DNA of 38,118 nucleotides from Candidatus Omnitrophota bacterium. Its GTDB lineage: Bacteria > Omnitrophota > Gorgyraeia > JAHIPI01. The position numbers were made by a program, and so were the translations under genes. Within the stretch, counting starts at the first letter, position 1; each line of letters opens with the position of its first letter. This document shows, in pieces, positions 27,610 through 36,865 of this stretch. The stretch is taken from NCBI GenBank assembly GCA_016931215.1, contig JAFGFD010000135.1, positions 1 to 38,118 of the forward strand, written 5' to 3'. The notes under the pieces were generated by a model. It saw only the letters and a list, made by a program, of their open reading frames with translations. It made no database searches and was not told the origin of the DNA.

Positions 27610-28779
27610 TCATCTATTTTTATTTACAAATCTCTTTACCGACTCCAAAAATGACTTTCTCATAGGGCTCGATTCATCGCCGATAGACTTTGCAAATACT
27701 TTTAAGGCCTCCTTCTGCTCGGCGTTAAGGTTTTCCGGCACTTCTACGAAGATCCTTACGTGCTCGTCGCCGGTCCCGTAAAAATTCATCCTTGGGAAAC
27801 CTTTCCCCCTTAGCCTGAATATCTTGCCACTCTGAGTGCCGGACGGTATACTCATCTTGACTTTTCCGTCCAGAGTGGGTACATCTATCTCGGCCCCAAA
27901 TACGGCCTGGGGAAAAGTTATCGGGACGCTAACCAGCACGTCATCGCCGTGCCTTTCGAAAAGTTCATGCGGTCTGATATAAATATCGGCGTACAGATCG
28001 CCCCGGTTCCCGCCGGATGTGCCTGCTTCCCCCTCGCCGCTTATCCTAAGCCTAGTGCCCTCATTTACGCCGGCCGGGATTTTTATCTTTATCTTCTTTG
28101 CAACCTTTACCCTGCCGCTGCCGTTACAATCTTTGCATGGGCTCGTTATTATAGTGCCCTCGCCTCCGCAGGCGCTGCATGTCCTCGATACGCTGAAGAA
28201 GCCGCTCGACATCACGACCTGGCCCCTTCCGCCGCATTGGGAGCATTGCTTCTTTTTAGATCCGGGTTTTGCGCCACTTCCCTTGCAGGTAGGGCATATC
28301 TCGTTACGCTTAATCGTTACGGTCTTTTCGACCCCGGTCGCTGCTTCAAGGAATTCTATCTCAAGATTGATCTTGATGCTTGGGCCTCTTCTTGGGCCGC
28401 GGCGCCTTGAAGACGACCCGAAAGCCGTCTCGAATATGCTCCCCCCGAAACCGTTGAATATATCTCCGAGATTAAAATCGCTGAAGATATCCTGGATATC
28501 ATCGAAGTGGGTGAAGTCAGACCAACTGAAGCCTCCGCCGCTAAAAGCGCCCTGTATGCCAGCGTGGCCGAATTGGTCGTAGGTACTTCTCTTATTGGCG
28601 TCGCTTAAGACTTCGTAGGCCTCGGAGACTTCTTTAAACTTCTCCTCGGCCTCTTTTTCTCCTCCCGGATTCTTGTCGGGATGATACTTAAAGGCGAGTC
28701 TCCTATATGCCTTCTTTATATCCTCGGGGCTTGCATCACGCGCAATACCCAGGACTTCATAGTAATCACGTTTTTCCAT
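27610..28779 (-). CDS. dnaJ: Chaperone DnaJ
   Basis: J domain with HPD, G/F region, four CxxCxGxG repeats. Confidence 0.98.
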   Translation of the reverse strand: MEKRDYYEVLGIARDASPEDIKKAYRRLAFKYHPDKNPGGEKEAEEKFKEVSEAYEVLSDANKRSTYDQFGHAGIQGAFSGGGFSWSDFTHFDDIQDIFSDFNLGDIFNGFGGSIFETAFGSSSRRRGPRRGPSIKINLEIEFLEAATGVEKTVTIKRNEICPTCKGSGAKPGSKKKQCSQCGGRGQVVMSSGFFSVSRTCSACGGEGTIITSPCKDCNGSGRVKVAKKIKIKIPAGVNEGTRLRISGEGEAGTSGGNRGDLYADIYIRPHELFERHGDDVLVSVPITFPQAVFGAEIDVPTLDGKVKMSIPSGTQSGKIFRLRGKGFPRMNFYGTGDEHVRIFVEVPENLNAEQKEALKVFAKSIGDESSPMRKSFLESVKRFVNKNR

Positions 28780-28785
28780 GATATT

Positions 28786-28870
28786 TAGCGTTTAGCGTAT
28801 AGCGTTTAGCGTATAGGTTTTTTGTTATAAGAATTACCTCCATGCGCTATCCGTTAGACGCTATACCCTA
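28786..28870. repeat. Inverted heptamer array, TAGCGTW family
   Basis: (tagcgtt tagcgta)x2 tag at 28786-28816; tgcgcta tccgtta gacgcta tacccta at 28843-28870, including the dnaK stop codon. Confidence 0.92.
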
Positions 28871-30844
28871 TTTCTTCCCCTCGTCCTCGACTTTGTAATC
28901 CGCGTCGACGATGTCTTCGTCATTATTCGTCTTTCTGCCATCCCGGCTCTGTTTTTCATCCTGCCCGGTTCCGGTGCCCTTCGGACCCGATTGAGAAGAC
29001 TGAGACTGTTTCTTCGAAGCCTCTTTATACATCTCCTCAGCCAGTTTATGGCTCGCTTTGGTCAATTCTTCCTGTACCTTCTTGATCTCACTTAAGTCCT
29101 CGCTCGTAAGTTTATCTTTCGCTTTGGAAAGGGCCTCTTCTACCCTCTTCTTTTCGTCTTGAGACACCTTGGAACCGTGTTCCTCCAGACTCTTCTGGAC
29201 CGAATAGACAAGCGTATCGAGCTGATTTCTCGCGTCTATCAACTCGCGCCTCTTTTTGTCCTCCTGCTCGTGGGCCTTTGCCTCGTTCATCATCTTATCT
29301 ATCTCTTCCTTGGATAGCCCGCTGGATGATTCTATTCGTATCTTCTGCTCCTTGCCGGTCGCCTTATCCTTCGCGCTCACATGAACTATGCCGTTTGCGT
29401 CTATATCGAAGGTGACCTCGACTTGCGGAATGCCCCTCGGAGCAGGAGGTATGCCTAACAGATCGAACCTGCCTAAAGTGCGGTTATGTTGGGCTATCTC
29501 CCTTTCGCCCTGGAGTACATGAATGGAGACGGCTGTCTGATTATCGGCAGCGGTAGAGAATATCTGGCTCTTCCTGGTAGGTATAGTGGTATTCCTTTCG
29601 ATAAGTCTTGTCATAACGCCTCCCAGCGTCTCGATGCCAAGGGAAAGTGGTGTAACGTCCAGAAGCAAAATGTCTTTAAGATCGGCGTGGCCTGAGAGGA
29701 TTCCACCCTGGATAGCCGCGCCTACCGCAACCACTTCATCAGGATTTACGCCTTTGTGGGGTTCTTTGCCAAAGAGCTCTTTTACCACGCTCTGTACCTT
29801 GGGCATCCTCGTCTGGCCCCCTACAAGGATAACTTCATCTATGTCGCTGGACGATAGCCCGGCGTCTTCCAATGCCTTAATGCAAGGTCCCTTGGTCCTT
29901 TCGACCAGATCGTCCAACAGCTGCTCCAGTTTTGATCTCGTTAAACTGAGTGTAAGATGTTTAGGGCCGCTCGAATCCGCCGTGATAAAAGGCAGGTTTA
30001 TCTCTGTCTGCATGTTAGTCGACAGCTCGCACTTGGCCTTTTCAGCCGCTTCTTTCAGCCTCTGCAGGGCCATCCTATCGTTCCTCAACTCGATGCCGTT
30101 CTCTTTCTTGAATTCATTCGCTATCCAATCCACTACCTTCTGGTCGAAATTGTCTCCGCCTAAGTGTGTATCGCCATTGGTCGATTTCACCTCAAGCGAA
30201 AGCTGGCCGTCTATCTCGCTCACTTCGAGGATCGATATGTCGAATGTACCGCCTCCCAAATCATACACCGCGATCTTCTCGTTCTTCTTCTTGTCCATAC
30301 CGTACGCGAGGCTTGCCGCTGTCGGCTCATTGATAATCCTCAAGACCTCCAATCCCGCTATCTGTCCGGCATCCTTGGTCGCCTGCCTTTGAGAGTCGTT
30401 GAAATACGCCGGCACGGTGATAACCGCCTTTGTCACCTTCTCGCCGAGATAATCCTCCGCGGTCTGTTTCATCTTCTGAAGTATCATGGCGGAGATCTCC
30501 GGCGGCGTGTAGGTCTTGCCTCTCAATTCGACCACGGCGTTCCCGCTGGAATCCTCGGATACCTTGTACGGCACCAGCTTCTCTTCTTCCTTGACCTCGT
30601 CGTGGCGCCTGCCCATGAAACGCTTTATTGAAAATACGGTGTTGTCGGGGTTGACTACGGCCTGGCGCTTTGCCGGTTGCCCGACCAATCGCTCGCCGCC
30701 TTTGGTGAAACCCACGACGGAGGGCGTGGTGCGCGAACCTTCGGCATTGGTCAACACCGTAGGCTCCTTTCCCTCCATCACCGCAACGCAAGAGTTTGTA
30801 GTCCCAAGGTCTATGCCTATTACCTTACCTTTTGTCTTTGTCAT
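28868..30844 (-). CDS. dnaK: Chaperone DnaK
   Basis: [33 protein letters not shown]. Confidence 0.99.
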   Translation of the reverse strand: MTKTKGKVIGIDLGTTNSCVAVMEGKEPTVLTNAEGSRTTPSVVGFTKGGERLVGQPAKRQAVVNPDNTVFSIKRFMGRRHDEVKEEEKLVPYKVSEDSSGNAVVELRGKTYTPPEISAMILQKMKQTAEDYLGEKVTKAVITVPAYFNDSQRQATKDAGQIAGLEVLRIINEPTAASLAYGMDKKKNEKIAVYDLGGGTFDISILEVSEIDGQLSLEVKSTNGDTHLGGDNFDQKVVDWIANEFKKENGIELRNDRMALQRLKEAAEKAKCELSTNMQTEINLPFITADSSGPKHLTLSLTRSKLEQLLDDLVERTKGPCIKALEDAGLSSSDIDEVILVGGQTRMPKVQSVVKELFGKEPHKGVNPDEVVAVGAAIQGGILSGHADLKDILLLDVTPLSLGIETLGGVMTRLIERNTTIPTRKSQIFSTAADNQTAVSIHVLQGEREIAQHNRTLGRFDLLGIPPAPRGIPQVEVTFDIDANGIVHVSAKDKATGKEQKIRIESSSGLSKEEIDKMMNEAKAHEQEDKKRRELIDARNQLDTLVYSVQKSLEEHGSKVSQDEKKRVEEALSKAKDKLTSEDLSEIKKVQEELTKASHKLAEEMYKEASKKQSQSSQSGPKGTGTGQDEKQSRDGRKTNNDEDIVDADYKVEDEGKK

Positions 30845-30867
30845 GGCTAATCCCTCCTTAGATTATC

Positions 30868-31431
30868 CTATTTTTTCTTTCCTACCTTCACTATGGCCGG
30901 CCTAAGCAGCCGCCCATTAAGCATGTATCCGGCCTGAACCTCTTCCACTATCTTATGGTCTTTGTCTTCATCCGCCTCAACATGCTCAACGGCGTCGTGC
31001 AAAGTCGGATCGAATTCTTTTCCGAGTGCCTCTATCCGTTCGATGCCTCTCGCCTCCAGAATACGATGAAACTCTTTCTGTATCATCTTTATGCCCTCTA
31101 TCACGTTCTCCACTTTCTGCGTGCCGTTTATGTGCTCCATGGCTCTATCGAAGTTGTCAATAACGTATAACAGCTCGCTTAAGAGATCCTCATTGGCGAA
31201 CTTTACATATTCCTCTTTCTCCTTATTGAATCTCTTGCGGATATTATCGATCTCGGCTTGAGCTCTCAAATATTTATCCTTATAATCCTCTGCGTCTTTC
31301 GTGAAAGCTTTAAGCTTATCTAGCTCGGCCTTGTCGATCAATACCTTCTCTTCTATGCTTTTGCCCTCTTCCTTAGAGCTATCGGCTGTCTTCGCTTTAT
31401 CATTATGTTCCGCTTCTCTCTTATTACTCAC
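30868..31431 (-). CDS. grpE: Nucleotide exchange factor GrpE
   Basis: RAQAEIDNIRKR, DNFDRA, FDPTLHDA, GYMLNGRLLRPA; synteny with dnaK. Confidence 0.97.
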   Translation of the reverse strand: MSNKREAEHNDKAKTADSSKEEGKSIEEKVLIDKAELDKLKAFTKDAEDYKDKYLRAQAEIDNIRKRFNKEKEEYVKFANEDLLSELLYVIDNFDRAMEHINGTQKVENVIEGIKMIQKEFHRILEARGIERIEALGKEFDPTLHDAVEHVEADEDKDHKIVEEVQAGYMLNGRLLRPAIVKVGKKK

Positions 31432-31432
31432 T

Positions 31433-32176
31433 TTATATCTCCATATCGTCCAATACCTCTTCTATCGCCTTCGAAACAAAATCGACAAGAGGTATCAAGG
31501 CCGAATAATTCATCCGAACGGGTCCCAATACGCCAAGGCTGCCTTTCCTGGCCTTCTTAATATTATAATTCGCGGTTATCAACGACAGATCCCGAAGAGT
31601 CTCGTTTTTTCCTTCCTCTCCTATGTGTATCTTTACTCCTTCCGTCTGCAGGTCTTCTTCGATAAGGTTGAAGAGTTCCTCCTTTTCGTCGAACAACCTC
31701 AGAAGGTTCTTCATCCTCTCGACATCCTTGAACTCGGGTATGTCGGCCATATTACTGGTGCCTTCCATGTAAAATTTCAGGTTCGATATACAGGCGATAC
31801 CCGCGTAACGCGTCAATTCGGAAAGAAGATGAGATATATAACCCAGCATCTCCTCGAGCGTCTCTATTCTCTTCTTATAATACTCCATCTCGATCATCTG
31901 TTTCCTTTTGTCGGAGATGACATCCAGCTCCATCAGATTATTCACATAGTACCTATAACCGTTGCGTGTCGGTATCCTCCCCGCGGAAGTATGGGGCTTG
32001 GCTATATAGCCCATGTCCTCAAGTTCCCCCATTACGTTTCGTATAGTCGCGCTCGATAATCCAAGGACATCCGATACATGCAGAGACCCTATGGGAGAAG
32101 CTGACTTTATGTGGGAAAGTACGACTATCTTTAAAACGTCCTTTTGTCTATCGTTCAATCTATGCTCTCTTGCCAT
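31433..32176 (-). CDS. hrcA: Heat-inducible transcription repressor HrcA (short form)
   Basis: SSATIRNVMGELE...PHTSAGRIPT winged HTH and GVLGPVRMNY; CIRCE upstream. Confidence 0.93.
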   Translation of the reverse strand: MAREHRLNDRQKDVLKIVVLSHIKSASPIGSLHVSDVLGLSSATIRNVMGELEDMGYIAKPHTSAGRIPTRNGYRYYVNNLMELDVISDKRKQMIEMEYYKKRIETLEEMLGYISHLLSELTRYAGIACISNLKFYMEGTSNMADIPEFKDVERMKNLLRLFDEKEELFNLIEEDLQTEGVKIHIGEEGKNETLRDLSLITANYNIKKARKGSLGVLGPVRMNYSALIPLVDFVSKAIEEVLDDMEI

Positions 32177-32253
32177 AATCCCTCATTAGCCGTCCGGCAA
32201 AATATAAGCCAAATAAGACAAATGTGCCCCCTTGAGCCATATTGATAGGGGGC

Positions 32254-32280
32254 TTAGCACTCTATATAGAAGAGTGCTAA
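32254..32280. promoter_or_regulatory. CIRCE operator
   Basis: Perfect TTAGCACTC-N9-GAGTGCTAA. Confidence 0.98.
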
Positions 32281-32286
32281 TGTGTT

Positions 32287-32314
32287 ATTTTATCATGCTT
32301 TCATCTTTTGTCAA
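32287..32314 (-). promoter_or_regulatory. Sigma70 promoter of the hrcA operon
   Basis: TTGACA (32314-32309), 16 nt, TAAAAT (32292-32287) with an extended TG, immediately upstream of CIRCE. Confidence 0.82.
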
Positions 32315-32355
32315 GAAAAAAATCGTGAAAATTTTGCGCCTCGGTATCGCCGGCG

Positions 32356-33591
32356 TCATTTGTAAAAAATAGCCTGGTACCTCTTGGGTATAGTTGCCTC
32401 TATATAGATTCCTTTATCGGTATACTCGGTCTTTTTAACCTTGCCATACTCGTGTATTATATTGAATTTCTTCATCTCGTCATGCGGGATCGTTATCTTT
32501 ATCTCCGTCATAAGGTTCGACAATTCGCGGACCAGTCTGTCTATCAGGTCTTCCAGGCCTTGTCTTTTAAGGGCGGATATTATGACCGGTGAATCGAAAT
32601 GATGTCTGATGCCGGATAAGACTATATCATCGTCTATCTTATCCTTTTTATTCAACACGTTTATCAACGGCTTATCGTCTATTTCAAGATCCCTGAGCAC
32701 GGCGCGGACGGAATTGCTGCATTCGACGATCTTCGGGTTACTGGCATCTATGACATGAAGCAGCATATCGGCGCCGCGGGCCTCTTCGAGTGTGGCCTTG
32801 AATGACTCGACCAAATGGTGCGGTAGATTGTGTATGAAGCCGACTGTATCGGAGAAGACGATGCGTTGATTGTCAGGCAGCGTATACTTTCGCACCGTAG
32901 GGTCCAACGTGCTGAAGAGTTTATCCATGACATACGCGTGTGAGCCGGTGAGGGCATTGAAGAGTGTCGATTTACCTGCATTCGTATAGCCCACCAACGC
33001 GACCGTACAGGTCGTGAACCGTTCTCTCTGCTTTCTGCGCGCGTGCCTCTGCCTCGTAGCGCTATCGAGCTCCTCCTTGAGATGCGCGATCTTGTCGCGG
33101 ATCCTTCTTCTGTCAAGCTCGAGTTTCTTTTCGCCGGGCCCCCTTGTGCCGATTCCGCCTCCTAACCGCGAAAGGATAATGCCCTTGCCGGTGAGGCGCG
33201 GCAATGCATATATCAGTTGCGCCAATTCCACCTGGATCGTACCCTCCTTAGAATGCGCCCTTTGTGCGAATATATCCAAGATCAACTGTGTCCTGTCTAT
33301 CGTCTTTATCTCCAGCACCTCCTCGAGGTTTCTCTGCTGGGTCGGGCTTAAATCATGATTGAAGATAACGACATCGCAGCCTTTTTCCCGAGCGACAGAA
33401 CCAATCTGGTCCACTTTACCTTTCCCTATTAGGAACTTCGGCGAAAATTCCGCAAGTCTTGCCGTAACCTCCGCAAGTATACTGACTCTGCTTGAGGTCG
33501 CCAGTTCCTTCAACTCAGCAGCCAGATCCTCAACGCTCCATTCTCTGTCTTCCGAGACATGTTTCAAAGTTACTAAGACGGCTCTTTCCAT
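32356..33591 (-). CDS. hflX: GTPase HflX
   Basis: [36 protein letters not shown]. Confidence 0.97.
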   Translation of the reverse strand: MERAVLVTLKHVSEDREWSVEDLAAELKELATSSRVSILAEVTARLAEFSPKFLIGKGKVDQIGSVAREKGCDVVIFNHDLSPTQQRNLEEVLEIKTIDRTQLILDIFAQRAHSKEGTIQVELAQLIYALPRLTGKGIILSRLGGGIGTRGPGEKKLELDRRRIRDKIAHLKEELDSATRQRHARRKQRERFTTCTVALVGYTNAGKSTLFNALTGSHAYVMDKLFSTLDPTVRKYTLPDNQRIVFSDTVGFIHNLPHHLVESFKATLEEARGADMLLHVIDASNPKIVECSNSVRAVLRDLEIDDKPLINVLNKKDKIDDDIVLSGIRHHFDSPVIISALKRQGLEDLIDRLVRELSNLMTEIKITIPHDEMKKFNIIHEYGKVKKTEYTDKGIYIEATIPKRYQAIFYK

Positions 33592-34526
33592 ATCTTTTTA
33601 TTGCCCTTTTTTAGAACAGAATCTGCTATATTATTTATAAAGGTACTGTACTTGTCATTGTCGCGGAGATTGAACCACGTCGCGGAGGCATCTTTGCGAA
33701 ACCAAGTCATCTGCCTCTTAGCGTAACGACGCGTGTTCCTCTTGATTATCTCTTTTGTCTGAGGCAGAGTAAATTTTCCGTCCAAATAATCGACGATCTC
33801 TTTGTAACCGAGGACTGCGCCGGCCGTCCGGCTCAGTCTTATCCCCCTCAATCTCGATACCTCTTCCGCTACCCCCTGTTTGAACATCATCTCGACGCGG
33901 CTATCGATCCTTCCGTATAGCGCCTGTCGCGGTCTGGATAAGATGAATAACGCGATCTCATATCTGTCGCGGATACCTTCTGTCTTCAGGTGCTCATCGG
34001 AGATGCGACTGCCCGTAAGCTTATATATCTCCAGGGCCCTTATTATTCTTCTTGCATCATTCATGTGTATCTTGGAAGCGTACACAGGGTCGATCTTGAG
34101 CAATCGGCCATAAAGATAATCACCTCCTTTCTTGGCGGCGACTGCTTTAAGATGCATCCTATACCCCTCATCCTTGGGCGGCGATGGAAACAATCCGTTT
34201 ATAAACGAGCGGGCATACAGGCCGGTGCCGCCCACGACAATGGGCACCTTCCCTCTTCCCAAGATTTGAACGGTGATCCGATCGGCCCTCCCGACGAAAT
34301 CGGCAGCGCTCCATTCTTCGGACGGATCGAGAAAACCTATCAGATGATGTCTTGCCGACTTGAGCAACCGTTTCTGAGGCTGCTGGCTTATGATGCGCAT
34401 CCCTTTATAAACCTGCATGGAATCGCAGGAGATTATCTCTCCTTTGATCCTATCGGCGAGCTTTACCGCAAATTCGCTTTTGCCGATCCCCGTGGGGCCA
34501 AGAACAAAAACTATATTTGGCTTCAT
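33573..34526 (-). CDS. miaA: tRNA dimethylallyltransferase
   Basis: [30 protein letters not shown]. Confidence 0.97.
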   Translation of the reverse strand: MKPNIVFVLGPTGIGKSEFAVKLADRIKGEIISCDSMQVYKGMRIISQQPQKRLLKSARHHLIGFLDPSEEWSAADFVGRADRITVQILGRGKVPIVVGGTGLYARSFINGLFPSPPKDEGYRMHLKAVAAKKGGDYLYGRLLKIDPVYASKIHMNDARRIIRALEIYKLTGSRISDEHLKTEGIRDRYEIALFILSRPRQALYGRIDSRVEMMFKQGVAEEVSRLRGIRLSRTAGAVLGYKEIVDYLDGKFTLPQTKEIIKRNTRRYAKRQMTWFRKDASATWFNLRDNDKYSTFINNIADSVLKKGNKKIWKEPS

Positions 34527-34538
34527 GCGCTATATCCT

Positions 34539-35696
34539 TTATTGCGGAAATTTCGGGATGCGTATCTTGCCTCTTGCCATAGATATCTCAAAGATTATAA
34601 TAATTACCAACATAAAAAATGCAAATACATAAGGAGTCCTGATGCCTAATGTGCCTGCCGTTACGCCTCCCACTAGGGGACCCAAAAACGCCCCCGCTCC
34701 TATAAAGCCCTCATGAAGGCCGCTCCTCTTACCCTTGTCGATGAAACCGTAGAGTGAGTAGAAGATACTGGAAAAATACGTCATGCCGCCGGATATTCCC
34801 AACAGGAAAAACGCTATCATAAGATAAACGACTCCGGAATTTCTCATTAGTATGGCAAGGGCTAAGAGGGCCAAGGCCTGACATGCGACCAACGGGGTAA
34901 GCCGATAATGCCATCTTGCCGTCTTTCCCAAAATAAAAAATACAAAAGTCTGCGCCAGCATCATTATAAAAATCAAAATTCCGATGAAGCCGCTTGAAAA
35001 ACCCAACTCGATGCCCAGCTTAGGAAATATGTTTCTCACCGTGCCTACTATGTACCAGCTTGCAAAATTGGCGAACCAGGCAATGTAGAGGTATCTCTCG
35101 GACTCCTTGGGCCTGTCGTTCTCGGTCTGGATGAAGACCTTGCGGGCGGGCTCATCCTCCGTCTCAGAGACGATCGGCTGCCTGAGAAGAATAAAAAATA
35201 CAATACATAAAAGAGTTACGCCGAAAAAGAAAGGCGCCTTATAATCTATCGAGAATAGGAAACCAGATATCAAAAACCCAAAAGTGAGTCCGGCGCACCA
35301 GAATATATTGAAGTATTTTAGCGAACGAAGGAGCGCCTTTTTATCCAGACCCTGAGAGAGCCATGACTGTATTGTCGGCCAAAAAAGAGCCATCGAGAAC
35401 GCAGCGGGGATATATAACGCAAATACACATTTGATATCATGCGACAAGGGAAGGATTAAGTATGAGACTACAAAAAGTACGCAGCCCGACAGGAGGACCG
35501 TCCTGCGGTTCATCCTATCGCTCAACCTTCCGAACGCGACTACCCCGGATGAATAGATCAATGCACCAAGGGCGCCAAAGAGTCCAAGGGTGAGAGAAGA
35601 AGCTTCGAATCTATATATAAGAAGGAGGGGCAACGAGAGTAGGACAACCCCTAAAGCAAAATCGGCTAAAAACGCGGCGATGTAAAAATTGATCAT
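34539..35696 (-). CDS. MFS transporter
   Basis: About 12 TM helices; motif A GRLSDRMNRR. Confidence 0.88.
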   Translation of the reverse strand: MINFYIAAFLADFALGVVLLSLPLLLIYRFEASSLTLGLFGALGALIYSSGVVAFGRLSDRMNRRTVLLSGCVLFVVSYLILPLSHDIKCVFALYIPAAFSMALFWPTIQSWLSQGLDKKALLRSLKYFNIFWCAGLTFGFLISGFLFSIDYKAPFFFGVTLLCIVFFILLRQPIVSETEDEPARKVFIQTENDRPKESERYLYIAWFANFASWYIVGTVRNIFPKLGIELGFSSGFIGILIFIMMLAQTFVFFILGKTARWHYRLTPLVACQALALLALAILMRNSGVVYLMIAFFLLGISGGMTYFSSIFYSLYGFIDKGKRSGLHEGFIGAGAFLGPLVGGVTAGTLGIRTPYVFAFFMLVIIIIFEISMARGKIRIPKFPQ

Positions 35697-35698
35697 TT

Positions 35699-35962
35699 AC
35701 TAGACTATAGTTTTATATAGGTTTATGGCTAACGGTGTATGGTTCATGGAATTTTGCTTCTCCGTTAACCGATAACCGCAAACCGTGAACCGGTCCTTTA
35801 AAACCGTAAACCATTAACCGCGAACCTAAGTGCTATTTTTATTTGTATCCTGGTGACCTAGTGACTTTGCGCTTCTATAACAGAGTTTTTTCCGTAAACC
35901 GTATTATAGTCTATCGTCTATTGTCTATCGTCTATTGTCTATCGTCTATTGTCTATAGACCG
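35699..35962. repeat. Nested multi-family heptamer/octamer array complex
   Basis: tagactata at 35701; GG arm 35720-35749; in-phase AACC arm 35762-35826; cctggtga cctagtga at 35849-35864; (ctatcgt ctattgt)x3 at 35911-35952. Confidence 0.93.
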
Positions 35963-35963
35963 A

Positions 35964-36806
35964 TTACGGATATATCTTAACATCATACCCGGCGTTCTTC
36001 AATCTCAGGGCCATATCTTCCGCATCGTTAAAATTATTATACTGCCCCACCCTTACTCTGTAGAAACGTTCTTCCCCGAGCAGAGTCGTGTGGATAGTCG
36101 CGTCGAAACCCTGTTTTTTCAATTCCTCGCTCAGCCTCTGCGCGTTCTTCCACTTACCGAAAGAGGCTACTTGAACACTGTAGGTCAAGAAATCAAAACT
36201 CCCTCCCGACAAAAGGTTCGCCTCTAGGCTGTAAGGATACGCCTTGGTCAACCGGTTGAAGTTCTCTTGGGCCTTGGTATCATCCCCCAATGCGGAATAG
36301 CATTCCCCCAGCCTGTAATACACTATATGGAGATATTGAGAATCCGGAAAATAACGCAGAATCTTTTCGTAATAATCGACGGCCGTTTTATAATTACCCT
36401 CCAGAAAATACGAATCGGCAAGCCCGATATAGGCGTTGTCCAGCAATTCCTCATTATCGCTGTGATTCACCACTGTCGAAAAACGGTTACGCGCCTCATC
36501 GAATCTGCCCATCTTCAACAGTGCCCTTCCCATAAGATGTTGAAGCTCGCTGTCCGTTTTGCTTGCATAGGACTGATAATGGCCTGCTGTTCTTAAGACC
36601 TCTTCATAATCCCCCTGAACGAATGCCTGCTCAGCTTTCTTCAAAGCCGAACTCTTATCGTACCCTCCGGAGCCGGACTCATCTTCGGAAGGGCCTCTAT
36701 CGAAGAATCCCCTGGCGCAATAAGCCGTAGAGAATGCGGCGTCCAATATAAACAAAGCGAGAACAGCCATTAACGCAAGGTTATAAATTATTCTCTTCTT
36801 ATCCAT
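35964..36806 (-). CDS. Exported TPR-repeat protein with a C-terminal SPOR peptidoglycan-binding domain
   Basis: N-terminal hydrophobic signal, TPR helices (CpoB/BamD-like), YSVQVASF...YRVRVG SPOR signature. Confidence 0.85.
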   Translation of the reverse strand: MDKKRIIYNLALMAVLALFILDAAFSTAYCARGFFDRGPSEDESGSGGYDKSSALKKAEQAFVQGDYEEVLRTAGHYQSYASKTDSELQHLMGRALLKMGRFDEARNRFSTVVNHSDNEELLDNAYIGLADSYFLEGNYKTAVDYYEKILRYFPDSQYLHIVYYRLGECYSALGDDTKAQENFNRLTKAYPYSLEANLLSGGSFDFLTYSVQVASFGKWKNAQRLSEELKKQGFDATIHTTLLGEERFYRVRVGQYNNFNDAEDMALRLKNAGYDVKIYP

Positions 36807-36813
36807 AACTCAG

Positions 36814-36842
36814 ATTCTAACATAATAAAACTGTTTATTCAA
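36814..36842 (-). promoter_or_regulatory. Putative sigma70 promoter giving a leaderless mRNA
   Basis: TTGAAT (36842-36837), 17 nt, TAGAAT (36819-36814) with an extended TG; 7 nt from the ATG at 36806. Confidence 0.6.
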
Positions 36843-36865
36843 GAGGCCGATTGACCTATATGGCC

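Noticed and set aside
29586-30631. Long plus-strand ORFs antisense to dnaK (268 aa and others)
   Set aside because: This is the well-known antisense shadow of hsp70 codon usage; they fully overlap a certain gene.
15400-35962. Reading the inverted arrays as ordinary rho-independent terminators
   Set aside because: The stems are long, periodic and imperfect, lack a 3' U-tract, and lie inside apparent operons such as dnaK-dnaJ.
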